From Sandaracinus sp. (GTDB taxonomy: Bacteria; Myxococcota_A; Polyangia; Polyangiales; Houyiibacteriaceae): a stretch of DNA of 64,000 nt. Of this stretch, positions 46,943 through 57,505 are shown in pieces; within the stretch, counting starts at the first letter, position 1; every line of letters starts with the position of its first letter. The notes beneath the pieces are model-generated. The model searched no databases, was not told the origin of the DNA, and worked only from the letters and a program-made list of their open reading frames with translations. A program made the position numbers and the translations under genes. The DNA is taken from the NCBI GenBank assembly GCA_020633125.1, contig JACKEH010000003.1, positions 27,084 through 91,083 of the forward strand, read 5' to 3'.

Positions 46943-49192
46943 TCAACCCCGCGCCAGGCGGGCGATGGTCTCGACCAAGGCCTTGGGGCTGACGGGTTTG
47001 CCGAGGTGGGCATCGAAGCCGGCGGCGCGGGCTCGGGCGGCGTCGCTCTCGGCGGCGTAGGCCGTCACCGCGAGCGCCGGCAATCGGGGTCCTCGTTCGT
47101 CTTCGCGCCAGGCGCTGAGGAAGGTGAGGCCGTCTTCGCCCGGCATGCCGAGGTCGCTGACCAACACGTCGGGACGCCACGCCGCGAGCTCGCGACGTGC
47201 TTCGGAGGCCGACGCGACGGTGCGAACGAACGCGCCTTCGCGCTCGAGGAGCTGGGCGACGATCCAACGCGCGTCTTCTTCGTCGTCGACCACGAGCACT
47301 TGCACGCCTTCGAGCACCGCGGGGACGCGGGGGCGCTCGCCGGTGTCGGAGCGCAGCGGGGCGATGGGCAGCTCGACGACGAACGACGTGCCTTGTTCGG
47401 GTCCGGCGCTCTCGGCCCAGAGGCGGCCCCCGAGGGCTTCGATGTCGCGTCGAGCGACGGCGAGGCCGAGACCGAGGCCGACGACACGCGCGCTCGGACG
47501 ATCGCGGCGGCGGAAGGGTTGAAAGAGCCCTTCGAGCTCCGCCGAGGTGAGACCGAGACCGTGCTCTTCGAGGGTCAGGCGGAGCGACGATTGCCAGCGG
47601 CGGGCGACGAGCCGCACCGTCTCGCCGGGCTTGGAGAAACGAATCGCGTTGGCGAGCAATTGCTGCAGCGCGCGCGCGACCGAGTCGTCGCCGAGCACGA
47701 TCGAGCCGCGTGGAACCTCTGATTCGAGCGTCACTCGGGCCGCGGCGGCGTCGGCTTGGTTGTCCCGCAGCGCGTGGTCGCAGACCTCGGCGAGATCGAG
47801 CGGTCGCGCGTCGGCCTCGCTCGCGGGGGCGGCGAAGGCGAGCAGGTCTTCGACCATCTCGAGCTGCGTGCGGGCGCTGCGCTCCACGATCTCGACGGCG
47901 CGCGCACGGTCTTGGTGGCTGCTGCCTTCGAGCAACGAGACCGCGCCGAGGATCGCGCCGAGGGGGGCACGAAGCTCGTGGGTGACGGCCGCGAGGAAGT
48001 CGTCGCGGGCGCGCATCGCGGTGCGGGCGCGGTCGCTCTCTTGGCGTGCGACTTGAAGCAGGCTGCGGAGGTCGAGCGCGACCGTCACGCGGCGGGCGGC
48101 TTCTTCGAGCGCTTCGATCTGCCGCGGGGTGAAGCGGTCGGTCTCGTCGTGGCGCCCGATCGCGAGGCCTCCGCGCGCGACCTGACCGAAGAGCGGAAAG
48201 ACCGCGAGCTCGCACACGTCGGCGAGGCCGGCGGTGTTCGGTGCGCCCCAAGGGCGCGGGCTGTGCGTGCCGAGGCGGTAGACGCGGGCGCGCGCGGGCT
48301 CGCGCTCGTCGGCGGCGGTGCGGACGAGCCAACGGTCGAAGCCGTCGCCGCTGCTCTCGTCCCAGACCAGGCGCACGAAGGTGCCGAGGCGGGTGAAGGC
48401 CTCGCTCAGCGACGCTTCGAGGCCGCCGCTCGCCATGCCGCGCTCGATGCAGCGGCCGAGGGTGACGAGCATCTCGGTCGAGCGGCGCTCGTCTTCTTGC
48501 GCCGTGGCGTCGGCGAAGAAGATCAGGAGGCCGCTGTCGGTCGGGTAGAGCTGCACTTCGATGGGCAGCGGTCCGAGCCGATCGCGAAACGTCTCGCGGG
48601 CGCCGCTCTGCAAGGCGCGGTGGCCGTGCTCGTCGAGGCGGACGTGAAGGTGTAGGGGCAGGCCTTCGAAGACCGGCAGACCACTCGTGAGGTTGCCGAA
48701 CGCCGCCTGTGCCTTCTCGTTGATCCAGCGGACGCGCCACGTCTTGTCGACGACGATGCAGGCCTCGCCCAAGTGGCCGAGCAGCTCGTGCACGTCGCGG
48801 GTGGCCGCTTTGGCGCTGGTGACGTCGGTGAAGACGACGAGCAGTCCGTCGTCGCCGTCGCGGGTGGCGCGTACGGAGAACCAACGGTCGAAGCCGTCGT
48901 GTGGGTAGTACTGCTCGACCGTCTTCGGCTCGCCGGACTCGACGACGGAGACGTAGGCGGCGAAGAGTCCGGACGGGGCGTTGCCGGGGAAGACCTCGAG
49001 CAGACGGGCGCCGACGAGCGTGGACGCCTCTTGGTTCACGAGACGCTCGGCGTAGGGGTTGACCGCGCGCCAGATGAAGTCGACGACGTTGCCGTCAGCG
49101 TCGCGAAGCGCAGCCAAGCACATCACGCCCGCGTTCAAATCGCGCCAGAGGGCGCCCAGGTGCTCGTCGGAAGATTGCACGATACGAGTCAC
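46943..49192 (-). CDS. Hybrid sensor histidine kinase (PAS-like, GAF-like, HisKA, HATPase, REC)
   Basis: It has an H-box (VTHELRAPLGAI), GLGLGLAVARRDIEALGG and a C-terminal REC domain (VLVVDDEEDARW…VLVSDLGMPGEDG). The start is uncertain: I propose GTG 49192, while the track's ATG at 49516 adds 108 non-protein-like residues. Confidence 0.78.
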   Translation of the reverse strand: MTRIVQSSDEHLGALWRDLNAGVMCLAALRDADGNVVDFIWRAVNPYAERLVNQEASTLVGARLLEVFPGNAPSGLFAAYVSVVESGEPKTVEQYYPHDGFDRWFSVRATRDGDDGLLVVFTDVTSAKAATRDVHELLGHLGEACIVVDKTWRVRWINEKAQAAFGNLTSGLPVFEGLPLHLHVRLDEHGHRALQSGARETFRDRLGPLPIEVQLYPTDSGLLIFFADATAQEDERRSTEMLVTLGRCIERGMASGGLEASLSEAFTRLGTFVRLVWDESSGDGFDRWLVRTAADEREPARARVYRLGTHSPRPWGAPNTAGLADVCELAVFPLFGQVARGGLAIGRHDETDRFTPRQIEALEEAARRVTVALDLRSLLQVARQESDRARTAMRARDDFLAAVTHELRAPLGAILGAVSLLEGSSHQDRARAVEIVERSARTQLEMVEDLLAFAAPASEADARPLDLAEVCDHALRDNQADAAAARVTLESEVPRGSIVLGDDSVARALQQLLANAIRFSKPGETVRLVARRWQSSLRLTLEEHGLGLTSAELEGLFQPFRRRDRPSARVVGLGLGLAVARRDIEALGGRLWAESAGPEQGTSFVVELPIAPLRSDTGERPRVPAVLEGVQVLVVDDEEDARWIVAQLLEREGAFVRTVASASEARRELAAWRPDVLVSDLGMPGEDGLTFLSAWREDERGPRLPALAVTAYAAESDAARARAAGFDAHLGKPVSPKALVETIARLARG

Positions 49193-49575
49193 GCCGAGGT
49201 GGTCGGAGTTTGGGGAAGTCGGGGAGCGCCAGATGTCGTGGCGGGGAGGCGGAGTCGCGAGGTCTCGGATTGGGGGGCTTGGTTCCGCCCCCGTCGCATC
49301 GGAAGCATACGGGACACGGCAGAGCGCTCGAAGCACGCCACGGGCCAGCGCAATTTTCGAGAGTCGACGGATGATCCGTTGCGGCTCGCCACGACCATGG
49401 CGAAACGCCACGACGAAACGTGCGCTGGCCGGGAAAGTCCCGACGGGGACGGGCTGCCTCGGGGTGAGGCACGTCGCCCCGTTCGGGAAGGCCTTCCGGG
49501 GCGTTCGGCTCGGCACGTCGGCTGCTGCTTCGGAGGGTCGTGCAGCACCACTCGCGGTGCCGCGCCGGAGATTCC

Positions 49576-50430
49576 ATGCATTCCCTCAACCTCAATCATC
49601 TCGTGTACTTCCACGCGGTTGCCGAAGAGTCTTCGGTGAGCGCGGCGGCGCGGCGGCTCGACGTCACGAAGGCGACCGTCAGCGAGCAGCTGCGCGCGTT
49701 GGAGGACGGGTTGGAGGCGCGGCTCTTCGACCGGGTCGCGGGTCGGCTCGAGCTGAACGAGCAGGGCCGTGTCGCGTTTCGGCATGCCGCGACGATCGTG
49801 GAAACGGTGCGCTCGCTCTTGGACGAGCTCTCCGGTGACGAGGGCGGCTCGGTGGTCTTGCGCGTCGGCGTCGCCCGAACGGTGGCGCGGCGGGTGGCGG
49901 GCGACTTCTTCTTGCCGCTCACGCAGCTCGACGCGCGGCCGATTCTCGGCGTCGACGCGCCGGAGGTCGTGGCCGAGCGGGTGCGCCGTCGGGAGCTCGA
50001 CTTCGGGTTGATCGAGCACGAGCCGCACGACGAGCGGCTCGCGTCGAAGGTGCTTCGTCGGTCGCGTTGGATCGGCGTGGCGAAGGAGCCTCGGGAGGCG
50101 GACCTTTCGACGCTGCTGCGGACCACGCCGCTGGTGCGTCATCGAAGCGGAGGCGAGGCGCAGCGGGCGATCGACGACTTGGTTCGCACGCACGTCGCGC
50201 GGCCGAACGTGGCGGCGGAGTCCGACGATCTGCCGACCGTGGTCGCGATGGTCGAGGCCGGGGTCGGGATGGCGTTCGTGCCCGAGATGGCGGTGCGGGA
50301 CCTGCTCGCGTCGGGTCGCCTCGCGCGGGTGGCGGAGCTGCGCGTGAAGGCGGACCTCGTGGCGATCTCGGCCGGAGGCGAAGCGTCGGAGCTGGTGGAG
50401 CGGGCGATCGCGTCGTTGTTGGACGAGTGA
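49576..50430 (+). CDS. LysR-family transcriptional regulator
   Basis: The start is ATG 49576. It has an HTH (LNHLVYFHAVAEESSVSAAARRLDVTKATVSEQLRALE) and a LysR substrate-binding domain. Confidence 0.88.
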   Translation: MHSLNLNHLVYFHAVAEESSVSAAARRLDVTKATVSEQLRALEDGLEARLFDRVAGRLELNEQGRVAFRHAATIVETVRSLLDELSGDEGGSVVLRVGVARTVARRVAGDFFLPLTQLDARPILGVDAPEVVAERVRRRELDFGLIEHEPHDERLASKVLRRSRWIGVAKEPREADLSTLLRTTPLVRHRSGGEAQRAIDDLVRTHVARPNVAAESDDLPTVVAMVEAGVGMAFVPEMAVRDLLASGRLARVAELRVKADLVAISAGGEASELVERAIASLLDE

Positions 50431-50516
50431 GCGCCCTCAACCGTGCGATTCCATGGTCCTCGGGTCCCCAATCCCCCGCGTCGGGTCGCGATTTCGTGGA
50501 GGCGGGTTCCGGTCTC

Positions 50517-51020
50517 TCAGTCCGCTCGGAACACGTGCGTGAGCTGCAAGACACCGGTGCCGCTCGCGAAACTCTCCGCTCGGAGCTCCTGCATCAGACA
50601 GCCCTCGCGTCGGGTCATCGTTTCTAGGTCCGAGACCGCGCCCTGGGGTCGGAGAACGAGCTTGGCGGAGAAGGGTTGCCCCTCTGAGCAAGCCGCCGTG
50701 ATGCGGGGCCCCAACTCGCGTAGCCGCGCCCGAACGGCCTCGACGCGCTCCACGAAGGGTCGGAACCCGTCGTGAGTCGAGGCGACGGGTTCGCTCGCCG
50801 TCGTGCAGACGCGGTCACGACACACGTAGCGGACGGCATGGTCACACCCGAGCGCTTCGTAGTTGTGCCCTTGGTAGCGCTGAATCGCGATCTGGTGATC
50901 GGAACACTCGAGCTCGAGCGCCGACTGCCGGCGCACTTCGTCCGACCAACCGGGATTTGCGGCTCCACAACCCGAGGCGAGGAGCACGAGCAAGAGACTT
51001 CGGAGTGTTTGCGTGGTCAT
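50517..51020 (-). CDS. Cys-containing lipoprotein, 167 aa
   Basis: The start is ATG 51020. It has a lipobox (LLASGCGA). Confidence 0.65.
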   Translation of the reverse strand: MTTQTLRSLLLVLLASGCGAANPGWSDEVRRQSALELECSDHQIAIQRYQGHNYEALGCDHAVRYVCRDRVCTTASEPVASTHDGFRPFVERVEAVRARLRELGPRITAACSEGQPFSAKLVLRPQGAVSDLETMTRREGCLMQELRAESFASGTGVLQLTHVFRAD

Positions 51021-51361
51021 TTCAATACGCTTCGCCGAGGACAATAGCCCGCGTAGCCCGTCACGACCGGTCCGTCGACCGTCTACACTCCCGACCCGCC
51101 CTCGTACTCGCGGTGGATCCAGATCTACGCGTCGTCCGAGTTGTCGCGGTAGCGCCGCCATCGCGCTCGCGGAGAGGTGGTCCTCCCCTCGGAAAAAGCC
51201 GGCCGCGCGGCGCGAGACGCGAGGCCGAGGAGCAGCGAGAGCGAGACCCCTCCGAGTCATCGCTCGAGGCTGGTTGCAGGCCCTCGTCGTCGCAAAGACA
51301 TGACCCTGGCCACGAGTCGTCCACTCGCCTCCGCCCAAGCACTCGATCTAGGCTCGAAGCC

Positions 51362-51913
51362 ATGCATCGTGCGCTTTGCGTGATCTGGATCGTCTTGGCG
51401 GGTTGCGGGGAAAGCGAGACCGCACCTGCTGTGCTCGCGCCAGAGGCGGCGGACCTCGGCGAGTCGAACGAGCCTGCGGCTCCCACCTCCGAGACGCCCC
51501 CGGAGGTCGCGCGCCCCTACGAGGACGGCGCGGACGCAGGGCCGCTCCTCGAGACCGCGCTGGCCGAGGCGCGGGCCGAGAACAAGCGTGTGCTGCTGAT
51601 GTTCGGCGCCAACTGGTGTGTGTGGTGTCGGCGCCTCGAATGGGTCTTTCAGAACGACGCCGACGTCTCCACCGCGTTGCGCGAAGGATGGAAGGTCGTG
51701 CACGTCGACGTGGGCGCTGGCGACTCGGGCACCAACGCCGCGACGATCGCCCGCTACGGCAACCCCGTGCAGCACGGGCTCCCCTGTCTGGTCGTGCTCG
51801 ACGCGCAGGGCCAGCCCGTGCACACGCAAGAGACGGGCTCGCTCGAGGTCGGCAACCGCCACGACCCCGCGCGGGTCGTCGCGTTTCTGAACCGGTTCCG
51901 CGCTCCGGGCTGA
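51362..51913 (+). CDS. Thioredoxin-fold lipoprotein
   Basis: The start is ATG 51362. It has a lipobox (VLAGCGE) and a CxxC active-site-like motif (WCVWC). Confidence 0.75.
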   Translation: MHRALCVIWIVLAGCGESETAPAVLAPEAADLGESNEPAAPTSETPPEVARPYEDGADAGPLLETALAEARAENKRVLLMFGANWCVWCRRLEWVFQNDADVSTALREGWKVVHVDVGAGDSGTNAATIARYGNPVQHGLPCLVVLDAQGQPVHTQETGSLEVGNRHDPARVVAFLNRFRAPG

Positions 51914-51960
51914 CAACCTTCGCCGGGTTCGAGCGTTCGAGGGATTCGACGACGGACGGG

Positions 51961-52845
51961 TCACCTTCGGCGGCGACGCCACACACCGACGAGCACGGCG
52001 AAGCAAGCCCCTCCCGCGACGTCCGAGGAGCTCGCTCCCGGCGCCGCGCAGCCACAGCCGCGGGCGCTTTCACAGCGCGCGTCGAAGCCGCCACGTGGCT
52101 CGTGGTCGCACTCGGTGCGCAGCGCGTCCGGGCCGTAGATGCTGCAGAACGCGTCCACGTCGTCCGCTTCGAGCGAGCGCTTGTGCGTCTCGCCGTCCTC
52201 GGCGCACGCCCACATCGTCGCGTCTTCCGAGGTGGGGGTGTGGGCGATTCCGAAGAAATGCCCGAGCTCGTGGGTGACGGTGTTCTCCAAGTCGATCCGT
52301 CCATCGACGCAGCCGTCTTCGGGACACGTCGCCCACTCCCACTGCTGCTCGTTCAACGCCATGTCGGCGTCGAAGATCTCGCCTGAGCGTGTGCCGTACC
52401 ACGCCGTGGTCAGTGCGAGAACGCGGGGGTCGTAGTCTCGTTCGAACCAATCGTCGAGGAAGAACATCTGATTGGCGTTTCCCTCGCCGACGAGATGCTC
52501 TTCCGTCCGGCATCTCCCGGCGCGCGGGTCGAACCGAACGTCGAAAGGAACGGTTCTTCCCCCGGGGCACGTCGTGCTCGTCCACGTGGCGAAGGAGCGC
52601 TCGAAGACGGCGCGCACCTCGTCGCTCGCCAGGTCGCGTGACCCCCTCGCGTTCAGGACCCACGAGAGGCAGGGACGCGACCACGCGAGGTAGAGGAGAC
52701 GTGCGTTCGGGGGAAGGTCGGCCTCGGTGACGCAGCGTTCGAGGCACGTGTCCGAACGGGGCGGCTGGAAGTTCGCCGATTGGCACCACGCGGCGGCCGA
52801 CGCCGGGGCGGCGAAGACCACGCATGCGATCAGGAGCCCACGCAT
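51961..52845 (-). CDS. Matrixin-like metzincin with MYXO-CTERM-type sorting tail
   Basis: The start is ATG 52845, followed by a signal peptide. HELGHFFGIAH fits HExxHxxGxxH. The C-terminus (GCGCAAPG…ACFAVLVGVWRRRRR) consists of a Cys-containing motif, a TM helix and an Arg cluster. Confidence 0.85.
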   Translation of the reverse strand: MRGLLIACVVFAAPASAAAWCQSANFQPPRSDTCLERCVTEADLPPNARLLYLAWSRPCLSWVLNARGSRDLASDEVRAVFERSFATWTSTTCPGGRTVPFDVRFDPRAGRCRTEEHLVGEGNANQMFFLDDWFERDYDPRVLALTTAWYGTRSGEIFDADMALNEQQWEWATCPEDGCVDGRIDLENTVTHELGHFFGIAHTPTSEDATMWACAEDGETHKRSLEADDVDAFCSIYGPDALRTECDHEPRGGFDARCESARGCGCAAPGASSSDVAGGACFAVLVGVWRRRRR

Positions 52846-53011
52846 GCGTCCCAGTCTTCGGTCCTCGGCGCTGCGCGCAACTCGCGTCTCGTCGCCGGGA
52901 CGGGCGCGCGACCGCTCGACGTGTGGTCGGGGACGCCGGCGGCGTCGAGCGCCGTTTCGAGGCACCCACGCTGGCGCGCGGGACTTTTGAGCAGCCTGCT
53001 AGGGTCTGTGC

Positions 53012-54427
53012 ATGCGTGCGTTCCCGAGGACGGCTGCTTGGCTCGTGGCGATCGTGGCTGCCTGTGGAGAGGAGGCGCCCTCCCCCGCCGTGGCACCAAC
53101 CGTCGTGGAGGCGATTCCCGAGCCACCGAGCTCGAACGATCCGGTGCCTCGCGCGCTTCCGCGTTGCGACGCGATCGGACGAACCTCGATTCCCGAGGTC
53201 CCGAGCGCTGAGGCACGGCGTGCGAATCGCGAGGGCCTGACGGCCCACGAGCGTGGCGATCACACGGCGGCGCTCGCGCGCTTCGAACGCGCGCTCGAGC
53301 TCGCCCCCGACTACGAGAACGCGCGCTTCAACGCGGCGTGTGCGCTCGCCCGGCTCGGTCGGGTGGACGAGGCGTGGGAGCGCGTGAGGGCGCTGGCGTG
53401 CACGGACCTCCCTTCGTTCGCGCCTCGTGCGCTTCGGGATCCCGATTTGGAGGGTGTGCGCGCGGCCCACGACGTGGCCGCGTTCGTGGCGGCGGAGGCG
53501 GTGCACTACGAGGGAGCGATGCGGGAAGGCGTGCCGCTGGTCGCGTATCGAGAGGAGCCGATCGTCGATCCGGGCAACGGCGCGTACGGAGGCGCGGTCA
53601 CGGCTCAGGCCGGCGTGTGGCTGCACGCAGAGCACCGCTTCGTGCCGCTCTCGCCGAACCTTCGAGTCGAGCGCGGCGAAGCGCCGACGGTGGCGCCGCT
53701 CGTGGACGTCGCGCGTGGACAGGTGGTGGTCGTGACGACGACGGGCTCGAGCGCGGAAGGGCCGGCGCCCATTCCGACGCGCGTTCGGCTCTTCGCGGCC
53801 GGGACGGGCGACGTGCTCGCGGACGCGCGCGTGGGTGGGGAGCCCTTGATGACCGACGTCGGGGTCGCGGCCGACGGAATCGTCGTGCGGGTGACGGGAG
53901 CGGACTCGGATCACGACGATCCTCCGACCACGTACCGATTCGACGCGAGTGGTCTTCGACGTGTCGCGAGCGCACCTGCGACGCCGCTCTTCGTGCGCGT
54001 CGGCCCGCTCGGGTGGTGGCTTCGCGCCGAGACGCCGTCGCTCTCGCTTCCGGCGTCGGCTCGTGTGCCGACCACGCTCGCGGGGGTGCCGATCTTCGCG
54101 CGGGGCTCGCGACGGCAACGTCTGCATCACAGCGGGTGGCTCGACGAAGCCCGTGGGCTCGGGGTGGTGCTCGCCGCCGACTGGGGTGATTGCGGGGCGC
54201 CGGACCGGTACACGCTCGAGGTCGTCGACGTCGCTGCAGGGCGATCGGTGCGGGAGATCGAGGGTCGCGGGCAGGTGCATCCGATGCTCGGGCGGGACGG
54301 CGCGCTCTACCTGCAGGTCGGGGACGAGCTGCGCCGCTTCGCGGATCCGCGCGTCGACGTCTCGGAGCCGTTGCCCGCGGGGCTCGGCATCACGTCGCGG
54401 CCGATCGATTCGAATCCGTACTGCTGA
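53012..54427 (+). CDS. TPR-containing lipoprotein, 471 aa
   Basis: It has a lipobox (IVAACGEE) and a TPR-like segment (HTAALARFERALELAPDYENARFNAACALARLGRVDEA). Confidence 0.7.
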   Translation: MRAFPRTAAWLVAIVAACGEEAPSPAVAPTVVEAIPEPPSSNDPVPRALPRCDAIGRTSIPEVPSAEARRANREGLTAHERGDHTAALARFERALELAPDYENARFNAACALARLGRVDEAWERVRALACTDLPSFAPRALRDPDLEGVRAAHDVAAFVAAEAVHYEGAMREGVPLVAYREEPIVDPGNGAYGGAVTAQAGVWLHAEHRFVPLSPNLRVERGEAPTVAPLVDVARGQVVVVTTTGSSAEGPAPIPTRVRLFAAGTGDVLADARVGGEPLMTDVGVAADGIVVRVTGADSDHDDPPTTYRFDASGLRRVASAPATPLFVRVGPLGWWLRAETPSLSLPASARVPTTLAGVPIFARGSRRQRLHHSGWLDEARGLGVVLAADWGDCGAPDRYTLEVVDVAAGRSVREIEGRGQVHPMLGRDGALYLQVGDELRRFADPRVDVSEPLPAGLGITSRPIDSNPYC

Positions 54428-54691
54428 TCAACCGCTGTGGAGGCACACGAGGCAGTCGAGGGTCGAGAGCCGTAGGGCGCTTCCGACGCAGACGCCGACG
54501 ACGCACCACCACGCGCGTCGGGCGGTGAGCGTGGCGGCCACGACGGCGCCCGCGCCGTAGACCGCTCCGAGGATCGGCCCCGCGTCGAGGTGCGCGTTCG
54601 CGGTCTGCTGCGCGTAGGGGAGCACGACGAACGCGGTGAACGCCGCGAGCATGGCGGTCACGAGCGCGGGAGCGTGGACGTTGCGGGGCAT
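54428..54691 (-). CDS. Possible small membrane protein, 87 aa
   Basis: ATG 54691 lies within ORF 54428..54916. The product has three hydrophobic segments. Support is weak. Confidence 0.4.
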   Translation of the reverse strand: MPRNVHAPALVTAMLAAFTAFVVLPYAQQTANAHLDAGPILGAVYGAGAVVAATLTARRAWWCVVGVCVGSALRLSTLDCLVCLHSG

Positions 54692-54815
54692 GCCGCGCGA
54701 ACACGCGTTCGGGCTCGAAGGCTTCCCAGGCGGACCTCGACCGAGAGGCGGTCGTGGGTGTGCTGGTTCGAGGTGGGCGTCGTGGGGTCCGCTCCCACCG
54801 CATCCGCGGCTCCGA

Positions 54816-55730
54816 TCACCCCGCCGTCGGAGCGTCGTCGGGACCGAATCCCCACGCACGGAGCGCGGCGTCGGCTTCGTCGGAGAGCAACAACCCGAGA
54901 TCCGGAGGGACCTCACGCGCGGCGAGCTCGGTACGCAACGTCGCGATCGCCTGGGCGCGCCGAGCGTCCTTCTCTCGACGGGCGGCGTGGGAGAGCCGAG
55001 GCTCCAGCCAGGCGTCGATGTCCGCCGCGAGCGCGGCGTGGTCGGCTTCTTCGGCGGCGAGGGGCGCCATCACCGCACGCAGCGTTCGGTCGGGCGCACG
55101 CTTCGCTTGAAGCGCGGCCTCCTTCGCCGCGAAGGTCTCCACGACGCAGCCTTCGACGACGTTGCGCCAGGCGAGCTCCTCGAGGGTCGGGAGCACGGCG
55201 CGCTCGACCTCGACGAAGACGCGCTCGGAGTGTCCCGACCAGGTGGCCGCGAGCGCGGTCATGGCGCGTGCGTGGTTCACCTCGTCGAGTCGGGCCCGGT
55301 GGGCGGCGGCGCACAACGCCGGAGGGGCACCGTGATGGAGCAACGCACGGCGGAGCTCGTCGAACGCGACGACCGACGAGGCTTCGCCGACGGCGGCTTC
55401 GAGGGCCCACGCGACGTTCGGCGGCGCGTCGGCGCGAAGATGGGCGATCGTGGCGCCCATCTTGGGCCGGCCGACAGCCTGGCATTGGGTCTCGATGCGG
55501 TAACAACGCACGTGCGTTTCGTCGAGGGCGCTGCAGGAGTCCTCGCCGCAGAGCGCGGCGCAATCGAGCTGCACGCCGGTCGTCGTGGCGACTTCGACCA
55601 CGGACGTCTCGCGCGGCATGGCGTGACAGGCGCCGCCCTGTCGCCATCCGCAGCCGAGCAACCAAGGGGCTGCCGCGACCGGGACGACGAGCGGGAGGCC
55701 GAGCGCGAGCTTCACGAGAGGACGTGCCAT
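54816..55730 (-). CDS. Ferritin-like / di-iron-type lipoprotein (tentative)
   Basis: It has a lipobox (WLLGCGW) and two ExxH motifs in helical context (LDEVNHARAM, AAEEADHAAL). Confidence 0.6.
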   Translation of the reverse strand: MARPLVKLALGLPLVVPVAAAPWLLGCGWRQGGACHAMPRETSVVEVATTTGVQLDCAALCGEDSCSALDETHVRCYRIETQCQAVGRPKMGATIAHLRADAPPNVAWALEAAVGEASSVVAFDELRRALLHHGAPPALCAAAHRARLDEVNHARAMTALAATWSGHSERVFVEVERAVLPTLEELAWRNVVEGCVVETFAAKEAALQAKRAPDRTLRAVMAPLAAEEADHAALAADIDAWLEPRLSHAARREKDARRAQAIATLRTELAAREVPPDLGLLLSDEADAALRAWGFGPDDAPTAG

Positions 55731-55812
55731 GGCATCTCCAACGGTCGAGCTCTCCCGAGCTTACAGGGCGACCACGTGACCGATGCTGCCTTGCGACGCT
55801 CGTGGTGCGGAA

Positions 55813-56202
55813 TCAGTCGGCGCAGCGCACGGTGACTCGAGCGATGCCGACCGGCGGCTCGGAGAGCGTCGCCGCGAACGCGTCGGCGTCTTCGCGGGTG
55901 TCGAAGGTCACGGAGACGGCGTGGGCTTCGGGGGCGGCGCCGAGAGCTTCCGCGGCGCCTTCGTCGCAGCCCAGCTCGCCGACCGAGACGTGCAGGGCCT
56001 GCTCCCGCAACGGCGCGGCCGCTTCTTCGAGCGCGGCGGCGCCGGGGTCGGCCACGACGACGTAGACGGCGAAGACCTCGGCGCCGTGCGTGGGTGCGGC
56101 GGACTCTCCGCCGGAGGTGTGCGTGGGCGGTTCTTCCGGAGCGGGCGAGCCGCAGCCGAGGAGCCACACGAGGGATACACGCGCCAGGCATCGAACCGTC
56201 AT
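55813..56202 (-). CDS. Lipoprotein, 129 aa
   Basis: The start is ATG 56202. It has a lipobox (WLLGCGS). The upstream part of ORF 55813..56496 is antisense shadow of the HUH fragment. Confidence 0.6.
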   Translation of the reverse strand: MTVRCLARVSLVWLLGCGSPAPEEPPTHTSGGESAAPTHGAEVFAVYVVVADPGAAALEEAAAPLREQALHVSVGELGCDEGAAEALGAAPEAHAVSVTFDTREDADAFAATLSEPPVGIARVTVRCAD

Positions 56203-56295
56203 GCGCGGGAGACTACCTCGGAAGTGGGATCTCCCGATTGGTCTTGCGAGGACGTACGTGTCGGGCGCTTCTCGAGTTGGTGCGGTGCCGAAGAT

Positions 56296-56634
56296 GCGGT
56301 GCATCCGCGGCTCATCACCGAGAACGCGTGCGTCGCGATCACGCGGCGGACGAGCTTTGGCAAGGGCTCCTCTTTCCTTGGGCGGGTCAGGGGATGTGGT
56401 CGAACGTGGTGCGGCGGCGGCGTGGTCGCGCTCGGGCACGACGACGGTCCCCGAAGCCCTCGGGACTCGCCGCACTCCTCGGGCCGTTGTCACCAACGAA
56501 CGTCACGCGGCGCGAGCTCCGCGACCAGCGACCGACGCCGGGGAGAAGGGGCGCGCCGTCGTGCTTCGCACGCGTGAGCGATTGGAGCACGACGGCGTCG
56601 GCGGCGTCGTCGGAACAACGACCCACCCGAGTGA
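56296..56634 (+). pseudogene. Internal-deletion, frameshifted derivative of the HUH gene (copy A)
   Basis: 56296 to about 56436 aligns with 57804 to about 57945 of the full copy. About 56437-56634 aligns with about 59020-59216, so roughly 1.07 kb is missing. It also has a 1-nt deletion (ggctcctc versus ggcttcctc). Confidence 0.75.
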
Positions 56635-56838
56635 CTTCAGACCGCCTGAAAAGGCGTCGCGCGGCCCGGAACCAGCCCGAGCCGCGCGTCGGTGTATCCG
56701 GCGTTCGACGGAGTTTCGAACCCGACGCGAGAATCCGCGCTCAGCGGACCGCGCGCGGCGCACGACGCGAGTGACACCGACCACGCGGAACGCCGGTTGG
56801 AAACGGGGAGTCGCCACGTACCTCGTACCGGAGTCGGT
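56635..56838 (+). repeat. 3' module copy M1 (most diverged)
   Basis: It begins CTTCAGACCGCCTGAAAAGGCG directly after the TGA and ends …GTCGCCACGTACCTCGTACCGGAGTCGGTG. Confidence 0.8.
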
Positions 56839-56998
56839 GGGATGCGGCGCGGCCCGCCGGTGGTGCGTGGCGGGCACAGCGTGAGGCTTTCACCACATCC
56901 AAGGATCGCTTGGGGCCCATCGCTGCGACCCACCCGCCGCATTTGCGCCATTTGCGTCTGCTGCGGGACCGGCACACCGGGTGCTAAGGCGCCGGAAC

Positions 56999-57505
56999 AT
57001 GAACCACAGATCATCCATCAGTCTCTCTGCTCTCCTCTGCACGCTGCTCTTCGTCGGCTGCGGTTCTTCGACTCCCAGCGTCGAGGAGTCGGCGGCCCTT
57101 TTCTGCGAGGGCGACTCGGCCCGCGCCGAACGCTGCGGGGACGGCGCTTTCGGGCCCGACGACCTCGCCGAATGCGAGGCCGAGATGACGGTGTTCTTCC
57201 GGTCGGCGCGGGAGGACGCGCACGACGCGATCACCGACTGCAACTCTTCGCGCGCATGCGACGAGAGCGACGACCGCTGCTTCTCGGCGGCGGGCCTCGG
57301 CCTCACGCCGAGCTCGACGGCGACCGAGTATCAGACGGCGTGCCTCGCTTACCGCGAGACATGCGACGGCATGGGTGAGGGCATCATCGACGACTACTGC
57401 TTCGCCGACATCCTCGACGATTCGGTCCTCACCCAGATGCGCTCCTGCCTGAGCGGCGCCTGCTCCGACTTCCACGACTGTGTGGAAACGGCCGCCGGCT
57501 TTTGA
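56999..57505 (+). CDS. Cys-rich lipoprotein, 168 aa
   Basis: The start is ATG 56999. It has a lipobox (LLFVGCGSS) and about 12 Cys. Confidence 0.7.
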   Translation: MNHRSSISLSALLCTLLFVGCGSSTPSVEESAALFCEGDSARAERCGDGAFGPDDLAECEAEMTVFFRSAREDAHDAITDCNSSRACDESDDRCFSAAGLGLTPSSTATEYQTACLAYRETCDGMGEGIIDDYCFADILDDSVLTQMRSCLSGACSDFHDCVETAAGF

